Part shown: one piece after another, positions 9,249 through 18,071 of the stretch
How the letters are laid out: each line of letters opens with the position of its first letter
How positions within the stretch are numbered: position 1 is the first letter of the stretch
Sequence record: DRR378314_1954
Direction: 5' to 3' (one strand)
Length of the DNA: 34,720 bases
Notes under the pieces: model-generated
The model's input: only the letters and a program-made list of their open reading frames with translations
Databases searched by the model: none
Told to the model about the DNA's origin: nothing
Translations under genes and position numbers: made by a program

Positions 9249-9545
9249 ATGAGTTCCAAAACGTCGAGCCCCGCCGTCGGAATCACGGCCGCCCTGACAA
9301 TCCTCAGCTGTCTCGCTGCTCTTGCCCTCCTGTTGGGCATGACCTACAGGCCAGCAGCCTCCTGGCTCTGGATCGCAAATATCGTGATGGTTGCTTCTGC
9401 CGTTCTGGCCGTGCCGCTTGGTCTGTCACAGCGGCAAACCTCCAGCGCAAGGATCTGCACAATAGTTGCGACCCTTGTTCTGGCTTTGGCGCTGGGTCTA
9501 TTTGTGTGGGGCGGCTACAGCGCAGAAATTACGCGGCCAGTATAG
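9249..9545 (+). CDS. Hypothetical small membrane protein (about 3 TM helices, 98 aa)
   Basis: GGAG RBS, ATG 9249 and three hydrophobic segments. Confidence 0.7.
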   Translation: MSSKTSSPAVGITAALTILSCLAALALLLGMTYRPAASWLWIANIVMVASAVLAVPLGLSQRQTSSARICTIVATLVLALALGLFVWGGYSAEITRPV

Positions 9546-9586
9546 TGGCAGGCCCCAAGGGCCTCCGCACACCACCAAAGACACTG

Positions 9587-10090
9587 TTATTTTACAACCA
9601 GCTTACCGTCGCCGCGCGCCTGGAGGAGCATGGTGTCGGAAGCAATTCTGAACATGTTGCCATATGATGACGAAACCAGAAGCGGCACAGCGCCGACGAT
9701 TTTCTTCGCTGACCCGACGTTGATCGGGTTGCCCTTCACCGTCGCGGACACGTTGCACTCATATCCCCAGAGCACCGAAGCTTTGGGCGAATAGACGGTG
9801 AAGTTGTTGACGAACAGCGCGCCCGGCGCCTTGCTCGATGATCCATTGTAGTCAAAGCTGTACTTCAGCTCAACGTCGACGACTTTCTGACCATAGAAAT
9901 TTTCGAGCAGGATCTTCCAGGTCCCGCTTTTGCTCTTCCACCCAGAGAGATCCGTGAACTTGAGATTCTTGGGTACAGCAGAGCAGAAACTTGAGGCCGC
10001 ACCGGATTTTGCAGCGCCATCTTTCACCACATCCCATGCAGTCTTACCCGCATTTACAATGGCTCCAATCATATCGGCAGTGTCACTCAT
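9587..10090 (-). CDS. Hypothetical protein, 167 aa: N-terminal amphipathic helix plus a beta-rich body
   Basis: Clean ORF with AGGA RBS, protein-like composition and alternating beta patterns. No named family recognised. Confidence 0.8.
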   Translation of the reverse strand: MSDTADMIGAIVNAGKTAWDVVKDGAAKSGAASSFCSAVPKNLKFTDLSGWKSKSGTWKILLENFYGQKVVDVELKYSFDYNGSSSKAPGALFVNNFTVYSPKASVLWGYECNVSATVKGNPINVGSAKKIVGAVPLLVSSSYGNMFRIASDTMLLQARGDGKLVVK

Positions 10091-10134
10091 AGAACTATCC
10101 TAATTAAATCTGCAGGAAATACGAAAGCCGATCG

Positions 10135-10428
10135 TCAGCTCGGCTTTGTGGATTTGTCCTTGAATTTCATTCTGTTATCCAAGTCGTCCTTGACCGCCAA
10201 CTCAAAATCCTCGACGGCTTTCTTGGCCTTCTTGTCTTTGGCTACAGCCTTTTTACTCTTCTGCAGCTCCTTGAGCAGTTTCTCCGCCTTCTGGGCATAG
10301 TCGCCCGAGGCTTTCTTGAACGCCTTTTCCAAATCACGAATTGCGCCGCTGACTTTGGTGTCGCTTGCGACCTCATCAGGCAGTTTGGCTTGGGCGCCGA
10401 GCACTTTTGTTTTGAAAGCATCCGCCAT
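10135..10428 (-). CDS. Hypothetical Lys-rich helical protein, 97 aa
   Basis: AGGAG RBS before ATG 10428 (MADAFKTKV...). 23 Lys in 97 aa, with a coiled-coil-like pattern. Confidence 0.75.
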   Translation of the reverse strand: MADAFKTKVLGAQAKLPDEVASDTKVSGAIRDLEKAFKKASGDYAQKAEKLLKELQKSKKAVAKDKKAKKAVEDFELAVKDDLDNRMKFKDKSTKPS

Positions 10429-11257
10429 GCACGTATCTCCTAGAGCAAGTTGTGACATTCGCTAGATAATCGAAGTATTCAAAATTCAGCCGGTGACCTA
10501 ACAATCTGATCTGTCACGCGAGCCGCATATCGCGTCGCCCCGAAATCTTACCAATCAGGATGGCCTGACACGGGCCAAGGCAACGTTGCATACGGTATCA
10601 AGCAATCAGGAATTGTCGACTGACTACGGGAGATTTGCGATACTTTTCCCCTCACGCTCAAATTCCAGTGCGGACCCAATCCGCCGCCTTCCGACGACTC
10701 TATCGCCTTATCAAGGGCTTGCATGGCTCCGGTTTCATAGCACGCGACACGATGAAACATTGCGGTCCCACAACGGGTCGGACGCAATCGCGTGGCGATC
10801 TGATCTTGAGGTTCAGGCGGCACAGCCAACGTGCCGAAGGCGATCCGTTTCACAACTCACGTCATCCCGTGGGCCCTCGCAGTACTTAGCGCGCGGGGAA
10901 GGATCCGATCCTTCCGATAGTGTGGCTGCAAAAGGTTCGGGCAAAGAGCGGGGGCGCAGGCCCGTTGATACATGACGCTGTGGCTTTTCTGAAAGACAGC
11001 CGCAAATCACCTCGCTCGTGGCTCCACGCCGTGAGGCAAATGAACTCCTGCCTGACATGAGTGACCGCAACGCGACAGCACGGCGTCGGACTGATGGGCT
11101 CATCACACCCGAATTGAATTTGCCAGTGTCTTTGTGATTACCTGCAGTCATCCCTTCGACCGCGGACGGCGGCGCGGCTCAAACTTCCGACGGGAGCGGC
11201 CCGAAGCAGACTGCGCTCCCAGCAACCGCCACACTCAGAACGAGCCCCGGACCAGCC

Positions 11258-11893
11258 ATGAACCTAGATCAGATTATCGCATGCCCCGTCTGCGACGCAC
11301 TGCATCACAATCAGGATGTAAAGAAGCACTCAATCGCAAAATGTGCCCGTTGTGGCACCGTCCTGGCGGCACCGAAATCGGGTGCAATGACCCGGATTGC
11401 GATGTTGTCAGTTACAGCATTGATCCTGCTGGTCGCTGCCGCTTGCTTTCCGTTTCTGGCGCTTGAAGCTCAGGGTTTATCCCATCGGGCCTCAGTACTG
11501 GATACGGTTTTGGCATTCTCCAGCGGCGCAATGGCGCCGTTGTCCTTTGCAACGGGCTTCCTGATCGTAGTACTCCCCGCCGCCCGCTATTGTGCCTTGA
11601 TATACACGCTGGCGCCGATGGCCATCGGCTGGCGCCCCGCGCCACAGGCGGCACTGGTTTACACTTGGGCAGAGCGTCTCAAACCATGGGCCATGGCAGA
11701 GATATTCATCATCGGGGTCGCCGTGGCTCTGGTCAAAGTGTCTGGTCTCGCGCGGGTTGAACTTGGCCCTGCGTTTTGGGCATTCGCTGCGCTGCTGGTG
11801 GTGACAGTCCTCACAGACAATGCGATTTGCAGGCTTACAGTTTGGAAAACGCTAAAGACACGTAGCTCAGAACAGGAAGCCTCACCGATGTAA
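11258..11893 (+). CDS. pqiA: Paraquat-inducible protein A (first half-size PqiA)
   Basis: CPVC...CARC zinc ribbon, TM segments and the LKPWAMAEIFIIGVAVALVK motif. Confidence 0.9.
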   Translation: MNLDQIIACPVCDALHHNQDVKKHSIAKCARCGTVLAAPKSGAMTRIAMLSVTALILLVAAACFPFLALEAQGLSHRASVLDTVLAFSSGAMAPLSFATGFLIVVLPAARYCALIYTLAPMAIGWRPAPQAALVYTWAERLKPWAMAEIFIIGVAVALVKVSGLARVELGPAFWAFAALLVVTVLTDNAICRLTVWKTLKTRSSEQEASPM

Positions 11894-12151
11894 AAGAACG
11901 CTGATATGCCCCAAATACTCGCGGCAGACGTCGCCGACGTAAGAAGCGGCTGCTTGCACACAGATGTACGTTCTCGAAAAAGTGATCTCCAAATCAAGAT
12001 GACTCAAGAGAGAATGCAATCAATGGTACCTCGCAGCGTTGATACCAGGACCGAATGAGCCATCATCCATTGTTCAAGCCATTGCGCTAGATGCGATCAG
12101 GAGCTCCACTCAAATTTTGCCACATACAGTCTCCAAAGGTCATGCTTTCGA

Positions 12152-12787
12152 TTGAAAAATCCTGAACACACTCAGCACTACCTGACTGCCTCAGAGGCCG
12201 GGCTGGTCGGCTGCCGCGCCTGTGGTACCGTGACTCCTCGGGGCACACGGGCTTGTCCTTGCTGCCAGAGCCGCCTGGAGCTCACCGAAACCGCATCGCT
12301 GCAACGTGCCTGGGCGTGGCTCATTGCCGGGCTGATCGCCTATGTTCCAGCCAACATCTACCCGATGCTGCGTACAGTAACCTTTGGTCGCGCATCGGAA
12401 AACACGCTGATGGGCGGCATTCTTGAGCTGTTTCACCATGGCTCCTATGGCGTTGCGTTCATCGTGTTCTTTGCCAGCATCCTGATCCCGATTGCCAAAT
12501 TCCTAGCGATCGCGTTTCTTGCGGTGTCTGTCCGCAAACCTCCTACACTCGACACCCATGGAAGACTGCTCCTCTATGAAGTGGTCGAATTCATCGGACG
12601 CTGGTCCATGATTGATGTCTTTGTTGTCGCTATTCTGACCGCATTGGTCCAACTGGACTTTGCCGCCGCAGTCAGCCCGGGTATTGCGGCAGTTAGTTTT
12701 GCATTGTCGGTTGCCTTCACCATGCTGGCAGCCCAGAGTTTTGATCCGCGACTGATGTGGCTTGCGGAAAGACGAGATGAGTTATGA
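12152..12787 (+). CDS. pqiA: Paraquat-inducible protein A (second half-size PqiA)
   Basis: CRAC...CPCC, YVPANIYP, IGRWSMIDVFVV and SFDPRLMW motifs. Start codon uncertain. Confidence 0.9.
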   Translation: MKNPEHTQHYLTASEAGLVGCRACGTVTPRGTRACPCCQSRLELTETASLQRAWAWLIAGLIAYVPANIYPMLRTVTFGRASENTLMGGILELFHHGSYGVAFIVFFASILIPIAKFLAIAFLAVSVRKPPTLDTHGRLLLYEVVEFIGRWSMIDVFVVAILTALVQLDFAAAVSPGIAAVSFALSVAFTMLAAQSFDPRLMWLAERRDEL

Positions 12788-14868
12788 GCACCCCTGAACC
12801 CGCCCCCCTGAAGGTCTCCGATCAACGCCCCTCGATGTGGCGCAACCTGTCGCTGGTCTGGCTGGTGCCGCTGTTGGCATTGGTCGTGTCGCTGGGCATT
12901 GCATGGAAGAGCTATGCTGATCGGGGCACCCTGATCTATATCACCTTTGAGAATGCGTCCGGAATTGTTGCCAATGAAACCACGCTTCGCTACCGCGATG
13001 TGGTGATCGGGCGGGTCGAAGAGGTCGGCTTTGCCCCCGATCTGAGCAAAGTCTCCGTCGCGGTCCGGGTCGACAAGGATATTGCCCCCTTCCTGGACGA
13101 AGACGCCGCTTTCTGGGTGGTGCGCCCGGAGGTCAGTGCGCGGGGGATTTCAGGCCTGAGCACCGTACTGTCCGGGGTCTACATCGACGGCGCATGGGAT
13201 CAGAAACCCGGCGAGGCGCAAACACTCTTTGTCGGGACCGACCGCCCGCCATTTGTACAACCCGGACGAGACGGGCGGCGGATCACACTGCGGACAGAAG
13301 ATGGGCGGATGATCACCGATGGCGCGCCGGTGCTGTTTCGGGGGATCGAGGTCGGGCGGTTGGAACACCCACGCCTGACCGTCAGCGGCAACAGCATCGT
13401 TGTGGATGCCTTTATCGACGCCCCTCATGATCGGCGGATCACCTCTGCAACCCGGTTCTGGGATACATCCGGCTTTACCGTGTCTTTCGGCGCTGAAGGC
13501 TTGTCACTTGACGTCGACAGCCTCGCGTCTCTGGTGTCCGGGGGCATCCAGTTTGATTCCGTGTTCGAAGGTGGCCGCGCGGTCAGTTCCGGTGCCGTGT
13601 TCGACATTTATCCTGACGAAGCCACGGCCCGTCGTACTGCCTTCTCCAGATCCTTGGCGGGGGGCGTGGCCGTGTCCGTGGCCTTTGGCGAGTCCGTCGC
13701 CGGGCTGAGCAGCGGTGCCGCCGTCAAACTGGGCGGCATCAAGGTCGGCGAAGTCGACAGCCTGACTGCGACGATCCAAAGTGAATCTGCCGATGCGGAT
13801 GTGCGGCTGGTGGCGAAACTGCTTCTGCAACCCTCGCTGCTCGGCCTGCCACGCGGCGCCGGCGAAGAAGATGTCCTGAACTTTCTCGAACAAGCCGTGG
13901 ACGGAGGGCTGCGGGCGCGGCTTGCGTCTGCGGGTCTGCTCAGCCCGGAGCTGATGGTAGAGCTTGTCCGGCTCGACAATCCGGAAGCCGCGCAGTTTGA
14001 CCGCTCCGCAGAGCCCTACCCGGAACTGCCCAGCACCGCGTCCGATCTGCCCGACTTCACCGCCACAGCAGAAGGCGCAATGGAGCGCATCAGCCAGCTT
14101 CCCGTCGAGGAGCTGATGGCGCAGGCGATCAGCACCCTGTCCAGTATCGAGGCGCTGGCCTCGGCGGACAGCACGCGTCAGGCGCCCGCCGCAGCTGTGG
14201 CGCTGCTGGAAGACACCCGCGCCTTGGTCAGCGATCCCGGCACCCGCGCCCTGCCCGGCGAACTTCATGCCACGGTGGTGGATCTGCGCGCCATTCTGAC
14301 CGAACTGCAACAGGGCAGAGCCGTCGCAAACCTGACCACAGCACTGGAGCAGGGCAGCGCCGCCGCGGCCGATTTTGCCACCGCCTCGAACGAACTCCCG
14401 GCACTGGTCGACGATTTGCGCACCCTTGCTGCCAAGGCGAACTCGCTCGAAGCCGAGGAGCTGATCCGCTCAGTCAGTCAGCTGATGGACAGCGCGGATG
14501 CGGTGATTGGCACGCAAGAGGCCCGCGCCCTGCCCGCCGCGCTTTCCGATGCCCTGGGGGAAATGCGCAGCACATTGGCCGAGCTGCGCGAGGGCGGTCT
14601 GGTGGAAAATGCCAATGCCACCATGGCCTCGGCGCGTGATGCGGCTGATGCCGTGGCCAGCGCCACCGAAGGGCTGCCGCAACTGGCATCACGCCTGGAA
14701 CGGCTCGTGGCCCAGTCCGAAGATCTCATTGCGTCCTATGGGGGGCGCTCCACGTTCAATTCCGAGACCCTCGACGCCTTGCGTGAGGTCAAATCAGCCG
14801 CGCGCGCCGTGTCACAACTGGCCCGCAAGATCGAACGGGACCCGAACTCTCTGGTATTTGGTAGGTAA
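12784..14868 (+). CDS. pqiB: PqiB, MCE/MlaD-domain intermembrane transport protein
   Basis: SLVWLVPL TM anchor, three MCE domains (FWVVRPEVS...SGLSTVLSGVYI; TRFWDTSG) and a long helical C-terminus ending PNSLVFGR. Confidence 0.92.
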   Translation: MSTPEPAPLKVSDQRPSMWRNLSLVWLVPLLALVVSLGIAWKSYADRGTLIYITFENASGIVANETTLRYRDVVIGRVEEVGFAPDLSKVSVAVRVDKDIAPFLDEDAAFWVVRPEVSARGISGLSTVLSGVYIDGAWDQKPGEAQTLFVGTDRPPFVQPGRDGRRITLRTEDGRMITDGAPVLFRGIEVGRLEHPRLTVSGNSIVVDAFIDAPHDRRITSATRFWDTSGFTVSFGAEGLSLDVDSLASLVSGGIQFDSVFEGGRAVSSGAVFDIYPDEATARRTAFSRSLAGGVAVSVAFGESVAGLSSGAAVKLGGIKVGEVDSLTATIQSESADADVRLVAKLLLQPSLLGLPRGAGEEDVLNFLEQAVDGGLRARLASAGLLSPELMVELVRLDNPEAAQFDRSAEPYPELPSTASDLPDFTATAEGAMERISQLPVEELMAQAISTLSSIEALASADSTRQAPAAAVALLEDTRALVSDPGTRALPGELHATVVDLRAILTELQQGRAVANLTTALEQGSAAAADFATASNELPALVDDLRTLAAKANSLEAEELIRSVSQLMDSADAVIGTQEARALPAALSDALGEMRSTLAELREGGLVENANATMASARDAADAVASATEGLPQLASRLERLVAQSEDLIASYGGRSTFNSETLDALREVKSAARAVSQLARKIERDPNSLVFGR

Positions 14869-14869
14869 G

Positions 14870-15427
14870 ATGAAAAAGTTTCTGTCAGCCGTATGTCTAT
14901 TGTCTGCGCTCACGGCCTGTGCGGGGTCGAATGATGCGCGATATCTGATTTCAGCGACGCCGGGCGAGCGCGTCGCCAACCTGCAGTCCCGCTCGATCGA
15001 GGTGCGTCTCGTCTCGCTCCCCACATATGCCTCGGCCTCCGAAATCGTGTCCGAAGGCGAAGGTGGCGCGCTGTTTGCCGAGGACGCAGCCCAATGGGCC
15101 GATGATCCGGCGCGTGGCATGTCGGTCGCGCTGGCGCGCGGTCTGAGTGATCGGACAGGCGCATCCGTAGCGGTGGAACCTTGGCCGCTGAATACCCCCG
15201 CCGACGTGCGCCTGGATGTGCGTGTCGACCAGAGCTACGCCCGCGCCGACGGCATGTTCGAACTCTCCGGCCAGTTTGCGATCTCCTCTCCCAAGGGACG
15301 CGTTCGCGAATTCGTCAAACGCTTTGAGATTGAGACGCCTGTCGAAGACCCCGGTGCGGCCTCTGCCGCACGCGCATTGTCCACCGCCCTTGCGGAGTTG
15401 TCGCGTCAGGTCGCCCTGTCAATGTAA
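14870..15427 (+). CDS. pqiC: PqiC outer-membrane lipoprotein
   Basis: ATG 14870 immediately after pqiB. Lipobox LTAC, plus LPTY and QWADDP motifs. Confidence 0.85.
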   Translation: MKKFLSAVCLLSALTACAGSNDARYLISATPGERVANLQSRSIEVRLVSLPTYASASEIVSEGEGGALFAEDAAQWADDPARGMSVALARGLSDRTGASVAVEPWPLNTPADVRLDVRVDQSYARADGMFELSGQFAISSPKGRVREFVKRFEIETPVEDPGAASAARALSTALAELSRQVALSM

Positions 15428-15443
15428 CGCTCTGCACGAACTG

Positions 15444-16139
15444 TCAGGGCGGCGCGCCGGTCGCGCGCATGGCATCCGCCACGGTGTCGAGGTGGCGTCG
15501 CATTGCGTCGGCCGCCCCGGCGGCGTCACCCGCGCCGATACAGGTCACAACCGCCTGATGTTGCGCACTGTGATGGTCAGTGAACTCCGCAACGCCGAGC
15601 CTGCGATAGGTTGCCTCCCACTCCCGTTGCCAGGCCGTGTGCCGCCGCACCCCCGCAAGGTAATCCAGCAATCCCAACAAGATCGGATTGCCTGTCACCT
15701 CTGCGAGGCCGCGATGGAAGGCCGCGTCAAGCTGCTCACACGCCCCTCGGGTGGTGGCGGCGCGGCCTTTGCGCACCAACTGCAACAGATAGGCCACCGC
15801 CTGCGGGGAGGCGATCCGCGCCGCCTCGGCTGCGACCGACGGCTCTAGCGTTAGTCGCGCTTGCATCAGCTGGTCGGGCGATGCCCCGTGAACCAGAATG
15901 TTCTCCCGGATCGGATGACCCAAAGGCCGTGGACCGTAAAACGTGCCCTGCCCCACATGTCGCCAGATCTCACCGGCATGTTCCATAATATCAAGCGCCG
16001 CGCGCAGTGTTTGACGGCTGCATCCCAGCTGTCGCGATAGCTCCCGTTCCGAGGGAAGGCGCTCCCCCGCGCCGATGCCGCCGCGACCAAGCAGCCCCCT
16101 CAGATCCAACAACACCTGCTGCACACGTGCCACGCGCAT
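15444..16139 (-). CDS. GntR/FadR-family transcriptional regulator
   Basis: GERLPSERELSRQLGCSRQTLRAAL HTH and an FCD domain (DAAFHRGLA, NPIL, HQAVV). Confidence 0.92.
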   Translation of the reverse strand: MRVARVQQVLLDLRGLLGRGGIGAGERLPSERELSRQLGCSRQTLRAALDIMEHAGEIWRHVGQGTFYGPRPLGHPIRENILVHGASPDQLMQARLTLEPSVAAEAARIASPQAVAYLLQLVRKGRAATTRGACEQLDAAFHRGLAEVTGNPILLGLLDYLAGVRRHTAWQREWEATYRRLGVAEFTDHHSAQHQAVVTCIGAGDAAGAADAMRRHLDTVADAMRATGAPP

Positions 16140-16148
16140 CTCCCATTT

Positions 16149-16174
16149 CAGACCAATTTGCAGACCATTCGGTC
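16149..16174. promoter_or_regulatory. Putative FadR-type operator between the divergent genes
   Basis: CAGACCA direct repeats (16149, 16161) and the dyad GACC-ATTC-GGTC. These resemble FadR-family TGGTC/GACCA half-sites. Confidence 0.5.
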
Positions 16175-16210
16175 CACATGCAATAGATCTGTCGTTTCGG
16201 GAGGTTGACC

Positions 16211-16966
16211 ATGCTCACACTATTCGTACTTGCCTTGTCAGGCTTTGGCGCTGGCGTTCTAAACGCGGTCGCCGGAGGCGGCACTTTCCTGTCCTTCCCC
16301 GCGCTGGTCTGGGCGGGCGTGCCACCCATCATGGCAAATGCCACCGCCACCTTCGCGGCCATGCCCGGCTATATCGGCAGCGCATGGGCCTATAGGGATC
16401 ACATATCCGGTAACGCGCGCGCGAACCTGAACCGGATCCTTGCGGTAACTGTGGTCGGCGGGTTTCTTGGCGCCGTATTGCTGCTGATCACCCCGCAGGA
16501 TCTGTTTTCAGGCGTGGTGCCATGGCTGCTGCTGCTGGCGACGCTGGCCTTTGCCCTTGGCCCTATCGTCGTGCGCCAGCTGTCGCGCAGCGGAAAAAGC
16601 GTGACCGGCCCCGTCGCACTGGGGTTGCTACTGGCGGTCTGCATATACGGCGGATATTTCAACGGCGGCCTTGGCATCATGCTGCTTGCCGCCTTTGGCC
16701 TGATCGGCATGACAGACCTGCATCAGATGAACGGGCTCAAGAATTTGGTCTCGGCCGTGCTCTCCGTCGTTTCGGTTCTGACCTATACCGCCGCAGGACT
16801 GATCGACTGGCCATCGCTGTTCATTGTTGGCCTGTCCTGCGCCCTCGGTGGATATGTCGGCGCCATCTGTGCCAAGCGGATACGCAGGGTCGGGCTGCTG
16901 CGCGCCTTCATCGTGACGGTCGGCGTCGCAATGACGGTCCTGTTCTTTCTGCAAAATCAAGGGTGA
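16211..16966 (+). CDS. TauE/SafE-family (sulfite exporter/TSUP) membrane protein
   Basis: NAVAGGGTFLSFPAL, ANAT, IYGGYFNGGLG and NGLKN motifs. GGAGG RBS before ATG 16211. Confidence 0.9.
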   Translation: MLTLFVLALSGFGAGVLNAVAGGGTFLSFPALVWAGVPPIMANATATFAAMPGYIGSAWAYRDHISGNARANLNRILAVTVVGGFLGAVLLLITPQDLFSGVVPWLLLLATLAFALGPIVVRQLSRSGKSVTGPVALGLLLAVCIYGGYFNGGLGIMLLAAFGLIGMTDLHQMNGLKNLVSAVLSVVSVLTYTAAGLIDWPSLFIVGLSCALGGYVGAICAKRIRRVGLLRAFIVTVGVAMTVLFFLQNQG

Positions 16967-16988
16967 AACCTTAGAACCGCAAGGCCCA

Positions 16989-17915
16989 TCACAGTTCTTT
17001 CAGTACCTGATCATAGAACATTCGGGCCCCCTGATGCAGTTCGCGAGATCTGTCACGGATGACGAAATAAGGCGACACCGCCATCTGGTCGACGGTATCG
17101 AGATAGGACAGGTGAGCACCGAACTCTTCCCCGGTTAGCAACTCGGCTACCTCATTCGCCTGTGGTGCAATCACATTTGAATGCGCCAACAGCGCCTCGA
17201 CAACCAGCAGCGATGACGAGTTGACGACACGCGTCGGCGGTGGGGTACCGGCGCCATAAAAGGTATTCTCGACGGCCTCGCGCACAGGCGAGCCCCGCTC
17301 TTGAATCACCCATTCGAACTCCAGCAGCTCCTCAAGTTTGACCCCTTTCCGTCCCGCCAGCGGATGCCGGTCATGCACCAGCAAACGCACCACCTCAGAG
17401 CGCGCGGGATGCACATGCAGGCCACGGCTATCATGCGTGGCTGGGACCCGCGCCATGATGAAGTCAAATCGCCCCTCATCGAGCCCCCGGATCAGTTCGG
17501 TGGAAGGCCCAACATCAATAGTAATCGACAGGTCAGGCGCAACGCGGCGCATGGCCGCCATGGCAGGAATAAGAATGCCAACGGCTGGCCCCGTCACCGA
17601 CCCGATACGCACCTCACCGGCCAGACCGGTTGCAAGCGCCGTCACCTCCTTTTCAAGGTTATCCAACCCATAGAGGACGATTCGCGCGTGACGGGCAAAG
17701 ATCTCGCCCGCAGGCGTAGGTTCCATCCCCTTTGGGGTACGGGTGAACAGTGGTGTGCCGCAGCGCTCTTCGATTTCGCTCAGAATCCGTGACGCTGCGG
17801 GCTGGGTCATGTTCACACCCCGTGCAGCAATTTGCAGCTGTCCCACCTCATAGATCTTCAGAAGCAGCGCAAGATGAGTAGGTTTGATGTGGCGGATGAA
17901 GTTCATAGCTCTCAC
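16989..17915 (-). CDS. LysR-family regulator (GbpR-like), divergent from chvE
   Basis: [14 protein letters not shown]...[15 protein letters not shown] and a LysR substrate domain. The start may be ATG 17906. Confidence 0.9.
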   Translation of the reverse strand: MRAMNFIRHIKPTHLALLLKIYEVGQLQIAARGVNMTQPAASRILSEIEERCGTPLFTRTPKGMEPTPAGEIFARHARIVLYGLDNLEKEVTALATGLAGEVRIGSVTGPAVGILIPAMAAMRRVAPDLSITIDVGPSTELIRGLDEGRFDFIMARVPATHDSRGLHVHPARSEVVRLLVHDRHPLAGRKGVKLEELLEFEWVIQERGSPVREAVENTFYGAGTPPPTRVVNSSSLLVVEALLAHSNVIAPQANEVAELLTGEEFGAHLSYLDTVDQMAVSPYFVIRDRSRELHQGARMFYDQVLKEL

Positions 17916-17918
17916 GCG

Positions 17919-17934
17919 ATACCATTTTTGATAT
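17919..17934. promoter_or_regulatory. Putative LysR binding dyad
   Basis: Imperfect palindrome ATACC-ATTTTT-GATAT directly upstream of the LysR gene. Confidence 0.45.
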
Positions 17935-18071
17935 GCAAACTGCCAATAACTTCATTTTACAGTGATGCAAACACCCTTCTAAGACTCGAGGTGACCTCAG
18001 ATCACGGTCATCAACACAGAGAGGACCGCGCGCGGGAGACTGGAGTGCAGGGGTTCTTTTGGGAGGAAAAA

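Noticed and set aside
10548-11151. ORFs 10548-10853, 10586-10975 and 10813-11151 as genes or transposase remnants
   Set aside because: No clear RBS, non-protein-like composition, and no DDE or integrase motifs seen.
17832-18071. Long N-terminal extensions in the ORF track (chvE; likewise pqiC, mmsB, ALDH, cysP, apbE)
   Set aside because: Downstream starts have better RBSs and give proper signal peptides or family N-termini.
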